From an uncultured Pirellulaceae bacterium (lineage in GTDB: Bacteria > Planctomycetota > Planctomycetia > Pirellulales > Pirellulaceae), in NCBI GenBank assembly GCA_964394305.1, contig CAYMWL010000021.1:7196-71195 (forward strand): a DNA stretch of 64,000 nucleotides, read 5' to 3'. Under the pieces are notes generated by a model. It did no database searches and was not told the origin of the DNA. It saw only the letters and a program-made list of their open reading frames with translations. The first letter of the stretch is position 1; each line of letters starts with the position of its first letter. The position numbers and the translations under genes were made by a program. Shown piece after piece: positions 19,712-29,485 of the stretch.

Positions 19712-20758
19712 TCAAACCATCGAACCCAGCAGTGCGAGCAGCACGTCCGTTTGTTCGTCGGTGCCGACGCTGATCCGCAAGCCGTCCTTCCAGCCTGGAT
19801 AATTCATATATCGAATCAATACCTTCTGCTCTTTGAGCTGTTCGTAAAGTGGCCGGGCAGCGCGGGTGGGATGATCGCACCAGACAAAGTTGGCCTGCGA
19901 CGGAATCACCGCAAAGCCAAGCTTCTCGAGCCCCGCTACCAACCGGCTGCGGGTCGCAACGATCTTGCGGCGGTTGTCGGCCTGCCAGGCTTCGTCGTGG
20001 ATCGCGGCCGTCGCGGCGCCAATCGCAAAGGCGTCGCAATTGTAAGAATCCTTTACTTTGATTAGTTGCTCAATGATTTGCGGCTGCGCCAACAGAAAAC
20101 CGAATCGCAGCCCCGCCAGGCCGTAAGCTTTGCTCAGCGTGCGCGAAACAATGATCTTTTCGTGCTGTTGCACCAGATCAACACAATTGAACTCCGCAAA
20201 ATCGGCATAAGCTTCGTCCACCAGCAACGGACAAGGTAGCCGCTCGGCGAGTTTCAAAACCTCCTCGCGCGAGACCATCGTGCCCGTCGGGCTGTTGGGA
20301 TTCGGCAGAAAGACAAGTTTCAAACCGTCAGCCGCATCTCCAAACGAAGCAGGCAGCGACCAATCGCCATTGAAACGCACTTCTTGCCACTTCGCCCCCT
20401 GAATCTGCGCCAGCGAGCGATACAAAATGTAACTCGGATAAGGTAGCCGCAGCAATTCGCCCGCGCCGACAAACGCCCGCGTGCAAATCGTCAGCAGATC
20501 GTCGCTCCCATTGCCGCACATCACCCATTCTTTGCTCGGCAGCTTGAATAGATCTGCCGCTCGCGTCCGAAACGCATTGGCCATCGGATCGGGATAGCGC
20601 TGCAAGCCACGATCGAGCACTTCCTCGATCGCGCGGCGAATGCCGGCCGGCGGTGGGTACGGATTTTCGTTCGTGTTCAGCTTGATGAACTTCCCCGCCT
20701 GCGGCTGTTCGCCGGGCGTGTAACCATCCATCGCGAGAATTTCGGGGCGGAAATACAT
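19712..20758 (-). CDS. hisC: Histidinol-phosphate aminotransferase
   Basis: KLNTNENPY; PNPNSPTG; VDEAYADF; [15 protein letters not shown]. Start MYFRPE at 20758. Confidence 0.96.
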   Translation of the reverse strand: MYFRPEILAMDGYTPGEQPQAGKFIKLNTNENPYPPPAGIRRAIEEVLDRGLQRYPDPMANAFRTRAADLFKLPSKEWVMCGNGSDDLLTICTRAFVGAGELLRLPYPSYILYRSLAQIQGAKWQEVRFNGDWSLPASFGDAADGLKLVFLPNPNSPTGTMVSREEVLKLAERLPCPLLVDEAYADFAEFNCVDLVQQHEKIIVSRTLSKAYGLAGLRFGFLLAQPQIIEQLIKVKDSYNCDAFAIGAATAAIHDEAWQADNRRKIVATRSRLVAGLEKLGFAVIPSQANFVWCDHPTRAARPLYEQLKEQKVLIRYMNYPGWKDGLRISVGTDEQTDVLLALLGSMV

Positions 20759-20762
20759 GAGT

Positions 20763-20790
20763 GCGGATTGCGGATTGCGGAATGGAAAAT
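20763..20790. repeat. Short heptamer tandem repeat (GCGGATT)n in the hisD-hisC spacer
   Basis: GCGGATT GCGGATT GCGGAAT GGAAAAT. Confidence 0.7.
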
Positions 20791-22145
20791 TACTTCGTTC
20801 GCTTCGCCACGCTTTGTTCATGCGCGGTGAGGCCTTCGACTTGGGCGAGGTACTCGATGTCAGCGGAAATGTTCTTTAGAGCGTGCTGGTCGTATTGAAT
20901 GACGCTGCTGCTGCGGAGAAAGTGATTCGCCGACAGGCCCGAGGCCCAACGCGCCGTGCCGCCAGTGGGCAGCACGTGTGATGGTCCCGCCGCGTAATCG
21001 CCGAGAGCAACTGGGCTGTAGTTTCCGAGGAACGTCGCGCCGGAGTTGCGGATTTTTTTCAGCAGGTCGGCCGCGTTGTCAGTGGCAATGTGCAGATGCT
21101 CCGGCGCGATCAGGTCGGTCAAGCGGCAGGCTTCTTCCGCGTCGCGCACCAGGATCAAACAGCCGAAGTCGCGGAGCGACTGCAGCGTCAGATCACAGCG
21201 TGAAAGCTGTTGCACTTGCTTGTCGAGTTCAGCGGCAGTCGCTGCGAGCAATTTTTCGCTCCAAGTGATGAGGATACTCGCACCAGGCGCATGTTCCGCC
21301 TGCGCGAGCAAATCCGCCGCGGTGAAATCCGCACGCGTCGTATCGTCGGCGATCACGACCACTTCGCTGGGACCGGCGATCGAGTCGATATCGACGTCAC
21401 CGTACACATGCCGTTTGGCGAGGGCCACAAACAGATTACCGGGCCCAACGATTTTGTCGACCTTCGGCATCCCTTCGATTCCGTACGCGAGTGCGGCGAT
21501 CCCCTGCGCTCCGCCGACGCGATAGACCTCGCGAATGCCAATTTCATGGCACGTCGCGAGCACCACTGGATTGTGGGCACCGAACGCCGTCGGCGGCGAC
21601 ACGACAACGACTTCTTTCACACCCGCAGCCTGAGCAGGAAGTGCTGCCATCAACACCGTCGAAGGATAAGCCGCAGCGCCACCCGGCACGCATACGCCGG
21701 CGCGCTCTAGCGGAACATAACGCTGTGCGAGCAGCACGCCATCGCGGCGCAGTTCCTTGTCCTGATGCAGAATGTGTTTTTGAAACTCCAATACGTTTTT
21801 CCGCACGCGTCGCACGGCTGCGAGCAACCGTGGATCGGCTTCCGCGTGCGCCTTCGCTAGTTCCGCTGCAGAAACGCGGATCGTGTCCGCCGTCAGTTCC
21901 GCTCGATCCAGCTTGCGCGAATAATCGAGCACTGCGGCCAAACCTTGGTGTTTAACATCGGTACAAATCCGCTCGACCACCTGAACCGGCGTCAGCGGTT
22001 CGCCAAAAACTTCCAGCGTTCGCCTCTTACCTGCTTCGCTTACCACGTTGCCGCTCGGGCTGAGCTTAGCCCGCAGGGCATCGAGCGCGGCCGTCACATC
22101 GTCGCGGCGGGCATCGATGCGTTGGATTTGAAGGGAACTGGACAT
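20790..22145 (-). CDS. hisD: Histidinol dehydrogenase
   Basis: GVCVPGGAAAYPSTVLM; GGAQGIAALAYG; IVGPGN; IDSIAGPSE; QAEH; APEHL; GPSHVLPT. Confidence 0.97.
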   Translation of the reverse strand: MSSSLQIQRIDARRDDVTAALDALRAKLSPSGNVVSEAGKRRTLEVFGEPLTPVQVVERICTDVKHQGLAAVLDYSRKLDRAELTADTIRVSAAELAKAHAEADPRLLAAVRRVRKNVLEFQKHILHQDKELRRDGVLLAQRYVPLERAGVCVPGGAAAYPSTVLMAALPAQAAGVKEVVVVSPPTAFGAHNPVVLATCHEIGIREVYRVGGAQGIAALAYGIEGMPKVDKIVGPGNLFVALAKRHVYGDVDIDSIAGPSEVVVIADDTTRADFTAADLLAQAEHAPGASILITWSEKLLAATAAELDKQVQQLSRCDLTLQSLRDFGCLILVRDAEEACRLTDLIAPEHLHIATDNAADLLKKIRNSGATFLGNYSPVALGDYAAGPSHVLPTGGTARWASGLSANHFLRSSSVIQYDQHALKNISADIEYLAQVEGLTAHEQSVAKRTK

Positions 22146-22319
22146 AAGTGCAGAAATATCGCGACGAAAAGAAAAGCAGGTACTAACCGAAAGACACCGA
22201 ATCTCCCATTGTGTTCACTGCCGCCCCGTTGGGAAAGGGCCAGCGATGGCCCCTCCTGCAATACCTTGGCTCCTTTACAATGATGCAAACGACTTCCAAC
22301 TGCACCCAAGGGATCGCCG

Positions 22320-23429
22320 ATGAATGCCCGTTTTCCTGAGTCCATGCCTGCCCTGCGGAAAATTTACGATAAGCCCGGACTCTGGCTGCAGGAAGACACC
22401 CCGCTGCCGCGGATCGGGCCGCGCGAAGTGTTGATCGCGGTCACACATGCGGGCATTTGCGGCACGGATCGGCATATTTACGAATGGGACGCTTGGAGCA
22501 AGAGCCGAGTCGCAGTGGGTATCACTACCGGGCATGAGTTCGTTGGCAAGGTGGTGCAGCTCGGCTCCGCGGTGACACGGGCGCAGCTCGGCCAACGCGT
22601 GAGTGCCGAGGGGCACATCGGCTGCGGCGTTTGTCAGCCTTGTCGTACGGGCAACGGTCACATTTGCGAGCGTGTCGACATTCTTGGCATCGATTGCAAT
22701 GGCTGCTTTGCCACCTATGTTGCCGTGCCGGAGGAAAATGTCTGGCCGGTGCATCCGAAAATTCCGAATCACATTGCCGCGGTGTTTGATCCGCTCGGCA
22801 ATGCGGTTCATACGGTGATGGCAGCCGGCGTGAGTGGCCGCAGCGTTCTGATCACTGGCGTCGGCATCATTGGACTGATGGCCGTGACGGTTGCCCGCGC
22901 TGCCGGCGCTGGTTTGATCATGGTCACCGATCGTGATGAGCGCCGCTTGAAAGTGGCCAAGTCGATCGGCGCCGATCATGTCTTTCAAGCCAGCGACGAC
23001 ACCTGGCCCGCGCAGGCTCGACAATTGACGCACGATCAAGGGCCCGAAGTTTTGCTCGAAATGAGCGGCCATCCTAAGGCAATTCGTCAAGGCTTCACAG
23101 CGTTACGCAACGGCGGCACGGCAGCATTGCTGGGCTTGCCAGCCGAGCCGGTGGCATTCGATCTCGCCAACGACATCATCTTCAAAGGCGCGACGGTGCT
23201 TGGCATCAACGGCCGGCGGATGTTCGAAACCTGGTATCAGATGGAAAGCCTGCTCCTCAGCGGCCGGCTGGAACTCGATCAGATTGTGACGCACACGCTG
23301 CCGATGCGCGAATTCGAGCGCGGTTTCCAGCTGATGCAGTCGGGCGAAGGGATTAAGGTTGTACTCGAAATGCCGCAGGATACTTCGGCTGCAGCAGATC
23401 AACTGCAAGCCGCTGCTGTGGCGAAGTAG
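22320..23429 (+). CDS. tdh: L-threonine 3-dehydrogenase
   Basis: GICGTDRHIYEWD.W; GHEFVG; SAEGHIGCGVCQPCRTGNGHIC; DPLGNAVHT; GINGRRMFETWYQM. Confidence 0.92.
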   Translation: MNARFPESMPALRKIYDKPGLWLQEDTPLPRIGPREVLIAVTHAGICGTDRHIYEWDAWSKSRVAVGITTGHEFVGKVVQLGSAVTRAQLGQRVSAEGHIGCGVCQPCRTGNGHICERVDILGIDCNGCFATYVAVPEENVWPVHPKIPNHIAAVFDPLGNAVHTVMAAGVSGRSVLITGVGIIGLMAVTVARAAGAGLIMVTDRDERRLKVAKSIGADHVFQASDDTWPAQARQLTHDQGPEVLLEMSGHPKAIRQGFTALRNGGTAALLGLPAEPVAFDLANDIIFKGATVLGINGRRMFETWYQMESLLLSGRLELDQIVTHTLPMREFERGFQLMQSGEGIKVVLEMPQDTSAAADQLQAAAVAK

Positions 23430-23692
23430 TCAAAACCAGCGAGCGTGCATCTGGAACAAAAACTCCTTGGTGAGCGGAAAACCCGCTGCCGAGCCGATGA
23501 CGGAATCGATCCCGCAACGGGGGACACTACGCGGTGTCTTCTGGTCCGTTCCTGCGTAGAAACCCACTTCTTGATTCTGCTGGGTGAATAGGTCCCCAGG
23601 CAGTAGAAACATCCGCAGAGTTCACTGGCCAGAATTTCTTGCCGGTGATCAATCGAGTCCTGGTGGGCGCTTATGATGTTTGGGTGTTTCAT
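23430..23692 (-). pseudogene. Degraded gene for a small Cys-rich conserved protein (CGCFYC...CPxCGIDS type)
   Basis: MKHPNIISAHQDSIDHRQEILASELCGCFYCL...KKWV in one frame, EDTA*CP in a second, RCGIDSVIGSAAGFPLTKEFLFQMHARWF* in a third: two frameshifts plus an in-frame TAG. Confidence 0.75.
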
Positions 23693-23727
23693 TCCCCCCA
23701 TTTCATCCTCATGAAAGCGCGGAATCA

Positions 23728-24801
23728 ATGTTGCCCCGCACCTCTCGCCGTACATTTCTTGCTGCCAGCGCTGCCGCCATGACTGTGGCATCGTTCAATC
23801 GCCCCGCTTTCGCTCAAGCCAAGCCCAAGATCAAGGTTGGCCAGATCGGCACTGGCCACGCGCACGCGAGCAAGCTGAGTGTGTATCGCGCATCGCCCGA
23901 TTACGAAGTGGTCGGTATCGTCGAAGCCGATGAGAAACAGCGCGCGCGGGCGGAGAAGCAGGCCGTTTATCAAGACCTACCGTGGATGACGCGTGAGCAG
24001 TTGCTGAACACGCCCGGCCTGCAAGCCGTGTTGATCGAAACGGAAGTGCGTGACTCGCTCGAGAATGCCGCCGCAGCGATTGCCGCGGGAAAGCACGTCC
24101 ATTTGGATAAGCCGGCTGGCGTGCAACTGTCGAAGTATCGCAAGATTTTGAAGCAGGCCGAAGCCAAGAAACTGCTCGTGCAAATGGGCTACATGTTTCG
24201 CTACAGCCCCGCCGTGCTTCTGATGCGCAAGTTTCTCGCCGAAGGTTGGCTCGGCGATCTGTTCGAAGTGCATACGGTGATGAGCAAAGTTGTTGGCGCC
24301 GTAGAACGCAAGAATCTCGCGTTCTACGGCGGCGGCATCATGTTTGAACTCGGCTGCCACGTGATCGATCTCGTCATCAGCACGCTCGGAAAGCCGGAGC
24401 AGGTGCACCCGTTTGCTCGCAAAGTGTCGAAGCTCGAAGATAGCCTGGCTGATAACATGCTCGCTGTCCTCGAGTATCGCAACGCGACGGCGACGGTCAG
24501 GTCAGCAGCGATCGAAGTCGAAGGTGGCGCGCGGCGACACTTTGTCGTGTGCGGAACGCAGGGCTCCTTTCACATTCAGCCTCTCGATTCGCCGAATGTG
24601 ACGTATGCTCTCGATCGTGACTGCGGCGAATACAAAAAGGGCCGGCACGAAATCAAGTTCGGCAACTATCCGCGCTACGTCGGCGATGCGGCCGATATGG
24701 CCCAGATCATTCGCGGCGAAAAGGGTTCGGAATTTTCGTGTGCCCACGACCTCGCGGTGCAGGAAACCGTGTTGCGAGCCAGTGATCAAGATATTGACTA
24801 A
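23728..24801 (+). CDS. Gfo/Idh/MocA family oxidoreductase with Tat signal
   Basis: SRRTFL Tat motif; GQIGTGHAHA; HVHLDKP; GYMFRY; ELGCHVID. Confidence 0.9.
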   Translation: MLPRTSRRTFLAASAAAMTVASFNRPAFAQAKPKIKVGQIGTGHAHASKLSVYRASPDYEVVGIVEADEKQRARAEKQAVYQDLPWMTREQLLNTPGLQAVLIETEVRDSLENAAAAIAAGKHVHLDKPAGVQLSKYRKILKQAEAKKLLVQMGYMFRYSPAVLLMRKFLAEGWLGDLFEVHTVMSKVVGAVERKNLAFYGGGIMFELGCHVIDLVISTLGKPEQVHPFARKVSKLEDSLADNMLAVLEYRNATATVRSAAIEVEGGARRHFVVCGTQGSFHIQPLDSPNVTYALDRDCGEYKKGRHEIKFGNYPRYVGDAADMAQIIRGEKGSEFSCAHDLAVQETVLRASDQDID

Positions 24802-24802
24802 T

Positions 24803-24833
24803 CGCCCCCGCCGCAGGGGCAGGGGCGGGGGCG
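24803..24833. terminator. GC-rich hairpin between convergent genes
   Basis: CGCCCCCGCC / GGCGGGGGCG perfect 10-bp stem. Confidence 0.55.
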
Positions 24834-24838
24834 GTTGT

Positions 24839-27214
24839 TTACGCATCGTCGCGGACAAACCAACCGAGCAGCAACGGCAGAATAATCAAGTTCCCTGCCA
24901 GGCCGCCGATCATCGCCAGGCTTACCAGCGCGCCGAAATATACGGTCGGAATGAACTCGCTAGTGCAGAGCACGAGAAATCCCAGGTCGAGCGTAAGCGT
25001 CGTAAAGAGCATCGCCCGACCGACGCTGCTTTGCACTTCGGCGAGCGCATCGGCGACGGATTTTCCCAGGCGCCTTGCGTGTAGGAATGTATCGAGATAG
25101 TGAATCGAGCTGTCGACGGACAGGCCCATCGAAACGGCAGCGATCATCGCGGCGCCCATATTGATTCGCAGGCCGATCCAACCGATCAGGCCCATCACTA
25201 GAAAGATCGGTACGACGTTCGGCACGATGCCGATCACTGCCAGTTTGAAACTTCTAAAAATGACGAGCATGATGAATCCCATCGCCGCGGTCGCTACCGC
25301 GAATGTCATCCACTGATCGCGGAGCATGCTTTCGATCAAACTGGTGAGCAGCACGAAGAAGCCAGTCACCTCGGCGCCACTGCGTGGGTCGTTGCCTTTT
25401 GCCGGCAACGGAAATTCTTCGAGCGCAATCGTGCGCACCTGTTCGATCAGCCAACGTTTTTGTTCTGCCGACTGCCGTTCGCGAGCACGCAGCATGATTC
25501 GCAATCGACTTGGTTCCTTTTTCTCATCGGGAACCGAGCGAAGTGCGGCGGTAAAGACCGGCAGCTCTTCCATCATTTTTTGGATTTTGAAATCAATGGT
25601 CAGCGGCACCATTGACAGAAGCCCATCGACTTTAACCTCATCAATGGCATCGACTAGGCTGATGACTTTCGTCAATCCCGGTCGTGCTGCCTCCGTGTCG
25701 GTTGCTGGGAATTCGATCGCCCGTAGCCGCGTTTGCAACTTGCGCACGCGGTCGAGATACGCTTCGTCGAGCTTTCGCGGCGCGGGAATCATCACATCCC
25801 ATACACCCGCGCCACCGAGTCGCGTCTCGACGAACTCATACGACTTCACGACGTCGCTATCCGAATGAAAGTTGCGGGTGAAATCGGTTTCAACATCGAG
25901 TCGCAGCGTGCCAAACGCAATGAAGATGCCAAGCAACGTAATGACGATAGCGGCGGCAACCTGACGCGCTCGTAAAAACGCAAGCAGATCCGACAGGCCG
26001 CGGTGTAGCTGCCGGTCAATCCATGAGGTGTGCGCTGCTGTACTAGCGTTTGACGGTGTCGTTTCTTTTTGGCGAATGCCCAGTAACGAGATCGCCGGAA
26101 GCAGCAATGTAATCGCCGGGATGACCATCAGCGAGCCGATGAACATCATTGTGCCGAAGTCTTGGACGGGGCCGACCTTCGCCGACCAAAGAGAACCAAA
26201 GCCGCCGACGTCGGTGGCGATGGCGCCGGCAATGGGAATCGCCAGCGCCAGAATCGAAGTGCGAAACGCAGTGTATTTCGCGACGCCTTCGGCTTCGAGT
26301 TCGCGGCAGCGCACGATTAAGTGCACGACGCTCGCGACACCAACGACCGTGATGATTGCCGAGAGCATCGAACTGACCATGGTCAATTCCAACTGCGTCC
26401 AAACGAGCGTCGCTTGAGTGAGGAGCAACGCCCAGTTGACGACCGCCAGTGGTGCGATGAGCCAGCGGAAGCTGAAGAAGCAAACAACGACGGTTACCGC
26501 GAGCATGATCGTCGACCAGAGCCACAGCCGGCGGCCATCTTTTTCGAGCATGTCAAACCCTTCGACGACCATGACCGGTTCGCCAGCGAGCACGCCTCGT
26601 TGCAGTCCAGCGGGCAGATCTTTCACAATTGCGCGGAGCGAATCGATGGTGTTATTGCGGCGGCGCGCATCGAGTGCCTTCCCAGGTTGCGGCGGCTCGA
26701 GCATGCAAGCGAACGCGGCCGTCTTCTGATCGGGCCCATGGGTGTAACCCTCGAACAGCGCCAGAAAGTTCTGCGCCGTTTGATTGTTTACATCAACCAG
26801 CGGCGGGCTTTTCCGTTTGGGTTTCGTAACGTTGAATGCCTCGATCTTGGCAACGAGCGTGTTGATCTCTGCCAGGCTGAGCACATCGCGGACGCCGTCG
26901 ACTTTTTCCAAGCGGTCGCGAACGGCAGCCACGCGCTGCAAACCACTCCCATCAGGTTCGAGGAGTTTTGGGTCGGCATAAACGGCCAGGACAATTTCAT
27001 TGCCGCCGAATTCGGTCTTTAGCCGGTTATACGGTGCGAGCAGCGGATCGTCGGAAGCAAACATCCGCTCGACACTACGGTCGAACTTTACGCGCTGCGC
27101 TGCGGGGTAGGCAATCGCGGCGACGATCAGAGCAATAGTCAGCCAAATCCAGCGGCCTCGCAGATAGTAATCGACAATGCGATTTGACAGGCTGGCTCCC
27201 GGCGGTGATGACAT
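24839..27214 (-). CDS. MMPL/RND family transporter
   Basis: Two repeats of TM + large periplasmic loop + 5 TM; AGEPV; GLSVDSSIHY. ATG at 27214 preferred over TTG at 27244. Confidence 0.88.
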   Translation of the reverse strand: MSSPPGASLSNRIVDYYLRGRWIWLTIALIVAAIAYPAAQRVKFDRSVERMFASDDPLLAPYNRLKTEFGGNEIVLAVYADPKLLEPDGSGLQRVAAVRDRLEKVDGVRDVLSLAEINTLVAKIEAFNVTKPKRKSPPLVDVNNQTAQNFLALFEGYTHGPDQKTAAFACMLEPPQPGKALDARRRNNTIDSLRAIVKDLPAGLQRGVLAGEPVMVVEGFDMLEKDGRRLWLWSTIMLAVTVVVCFFSFRWLIAPLAVVNWALLLTQATLVWTQLELTMVSSMLSAIITVVGVASVVHLIVRCRELEAEGVAKYTAFRTSILALAIPIAGAIATDVGGFGSLWSAKVGPVQDFGTMMFIGSLMVIPAITLLLPAISLLGIRQKETTPSNASTAAHTSWIDRQLHRGLSDLLAFLRARQVAAAIVITLLGIFIAFGTLRLDVETDFTRNFHSDSDVVKSYEFVETRLGGAGVWDVMIPAPRKLDEAYLDRVRKLQTRLRAIEFPATDTEAARPGLTKVISLVDAIDEVKVDGLLSMVPLTIDFKIQKMMEELPVFTAALRSVPDEKKEPSRLRIMLRARERQSAEQKRWLIEQVRTIALEEFPLPAKGNDPRSGAEVTGFFVLLTSLIESMLRDQWMTFAVATAAMGFIMLVIFRSFKLAVIGIVPNVVPIFLVMGLIGWIGLRINMGAAMIAAVSMGLSVDSSIHYLDTFLHARRLGKSVADALAEVQSSVGRAMLFTTLTLDLGFLVLCTSEFIPTVYFGALVSLAMIGGLAGNLIILPLLLGWFVRDDA

Positions 27215-27240
27215 GGCTTCCGTTATACAGGCGAACCGCT

Positions 27241-29049
27241 TCAAGGTGCCATTGGGGCAGGAGCGGCTGCTGCAGGCACTGGTTTGTCGGCCGGCTTGGC
27301 CGGTTCCACCGTTTCGGCTTCTGCTTCCTTCTTTTCCTTTTGAGCAACCTTCCGTTCGGTTCGCTTGGCTTGTTTGACAAGCTTGGGAACGAGCTTGTTC
27401 AATTCTTCCGCAGGAATTGCATAGGTAGTCACTCGCCCCGCGCGGGCGATGTTCACGCCCACGACCTTGCCGTCGAGATCAAGCAGCGGGCTGCCGCAGG
27501 CTTGCGGAATGATCGCCGTGTCGTGTGCAAAGACGGCTGGAAAGCCTGCGCGACGCACACTGAGGTCGCCCGAATATTCTTCGTCTTCGTCGACAAACAG
27601 CACGAGTTCCAACTTCACATCTAGTTCTTTGTCGGCCCTCCTCAGCTTCACTCCCACTTGCTGGCCGGGCTTCGTTTTTTCCATGTGTTCAAACAGGGCC
27701 TCTGCATCGGCGATCTTCTTGCCTTCGAATTCGACCAGGCAGTCATCGACGCGAATGCCGGCTTTCGCCGCCGGGCCACCGAAGATGACTCGCTTGATCT
27801 TCACGCCGCCATCGTCGGCATCGGCGACTTCCACTTTCATGGCGCCACGCGGCGGCGACGTCGGCTCGACCTTGCAGACCGCATTGCTGACGACACCGAG
27901 CGACAATGGCGTGGCGTCGATATCCGGGGTGATCAGCCACGCGCCGGGTAGCGGCGATTTTTCGGCGAAAGTGACGGGCTTTAACTTGGGCGCAGCTTCG
28001 ATTTGTAGCAGCGCCAGATCGTGCTCTTCGCTGCGGGCGACAATCTTGGCCGCGAGCGGTTCGTCGTCGATGAGGCACTGAAGATCGCCTTGCAACACGC
28101 TCAGCTTTGTCATGATCAAGCCCCGGCGATTGACGGCCAGGCCCATGGCGACCGCATTTTCATCGGCGAGAACGTCGACAATCGAACGCTGCAGCGGCGA
28201 TGTGAGTGGCTCCACACTGCCCAGCGTTTCGGCGCTATCCTTCGCCAATCCATACCAATCGGGCGCATCGACAAACCAACTGGCAACGATGTCGTAGAAC
28301 GAAAGAATGGAATCCGGAATGAAGTTCAACAATTCGAATGCCGCGTCATAAGCCTCGGGATCGAAGGGTTCGCCGATTTCTTTGCTGGCGACGAAGTCGT
28401 CCCAGTTCTTTTGATAGATCTCGACCGGCACATGCTGATTCTCGAGGACATCGAGGCCGATGTTGGAATGAATGCCGATGACTTCGCCCTGCAAATTGAA
28501 CAGCGGGCCGCCCGAATCGCCGGGATATACCGTGGCATCGGTCTGCAGTCCCGCGAGTGGGTCGCTGCCATCGCCCACGACCAAAATTCGCCCCAGCCGC
28601 AGCGGCGGCTTGCGATCTTTGAAGATGCCGCCCGGATGCCCCGTCGCTAAGCACCATTCGCCGGCTTTGGGTTTGTCTTTGGCCATTTTTACATGCGGCC
28701 ACTTTTCATCTTTTTGGATTTTGGCGAGGCCCGCGTCCCACGCATGGTCCATGCCGAGCGACTTCGCCTTCACCTTGCGACCGTCGCTGAGTTCCACCTC
28801 AAAGATATCGCCCGGCACCATGATCACATGCGCGGCTGTGAGGATGTAACCATCATCGCTCACGATGACGCCGCTGCCGGAGGAGTCTTCCAGATGAATG
28901 CCGACGGTGGCGGCGATCATCTGATCGAGATGCTGGCGCGTTTGCTCTTGGGCCTTTTTCAAATCGGCGAGCGATGGTGGTTCGGCTGCCGCCGTAGCCA
29001 ACATTACGAAAGCTAGACACGCGGCGCCGAAGAATTTGCCGAACTTCAT
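27241..29049 (-). CDS. Exported trypsin-like serine protease with a second degenerate protease domain and PDZ
   Basis: Domain 1 has the full triad (LTAAHV, DAGL, GDSGGP). Domain 2 has TKLS, DLALL, QACGSP and is split by a PDZ (GGPAAKAGIRVDD). Start 29049 follows a GGGGAG RBS-like sequence. Confidence 0.88.
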   Translation of the reverse strand: MKFGKFFGAACLAFVMLATAAAEPPSLADLKKAQEQTRQHLDQMIAATVGIHLEDSSGSGVIVSDDGYILTAAHVIMVPGDIFEVELSDGRKVKAKSLGMDHAWDAGLAKIQKDEKWPHVKMAKDKPKAGEWCLATGHPGGIFKDRKPPLRLGRILVVGDGSDPLAGLQTDATVYPGDSGGPLFNLQGEVIGIHSNIGLDVLENQHVPVEIYQKNWDDFVASKEIGEPFDPEAYDAAFELLNFIPDSILSFYDIVASWFVDAPDWYGLAKDSAETLGSVEPLTSPLQRSIVDVLADENAVAMGLAVNRRGLIMTKLSVLQGDLQCLIDDEPLAAKIVARSEEHDLALLQIEAAPKLKPVTFAEKSPLPGAWLITPDIDATPLSLGVVSNAVCKVEPTSPPRGAMKVEVADADDGGVKIKRVIFGGPAAKAGIRVDDCLVEFEGKKIADAEALFEHMEKTKPGQQVGVKLRRADKELDVKLELVLFVDEDEEYSGDLSVRRAGFPAVFAHDTAIIPQACGSPLLDLDGKVVGVNIARAGRVTTYAIPAEELNKLVPKLVKQAKRTERKVAQKEKKEAEAETVEPAKPADKPVPAAAAPAPMAP

Positions 29050-29485
29050 TTGCGAACTCCCCCAAGGCAGATTCTTCGCGGGCAAGATCCCTGCAAAGCG
29101 GCCTTGGAACTGTCCTGAAAATGCGAATCAACGTCCGTGCGGCGAGGGAGAGAAGCCGAGTTCGCCGCCGATCAATGCAGCGGCAAAACTCGCCTGCGCC
29201 AGGCTCCTATTGTGATCGGAGGTGTGTAATTTGCCAAGAAGAGTGTGACTGCGGCGGACTGCGGAGCGGCGATGTGACTTGAATTATGCCAGGAGATGTT
29301 GTCGCTTATCAGCCAACTTCTTCGGCAATTGCGCATTGACGACCGGCCGAACAGTATGCAATTGATGCGTACTCGCGGGCAAACGCCACAAGCGATCGTG
29401 CCTTACCCCAGTTTGACCGCCGCTGATGACACCATCAGGCGGTTAAACGCTATTTCTTGTTGCCCGAATTGCACGTCGGCCACCA

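Noticed and set aside
23399-23791. 130-aa intact hypothetical ORF
   Set aside because: It is the out-of-frame read-through of the pseudogene at 23430-23692 and overlaps both neighbours.
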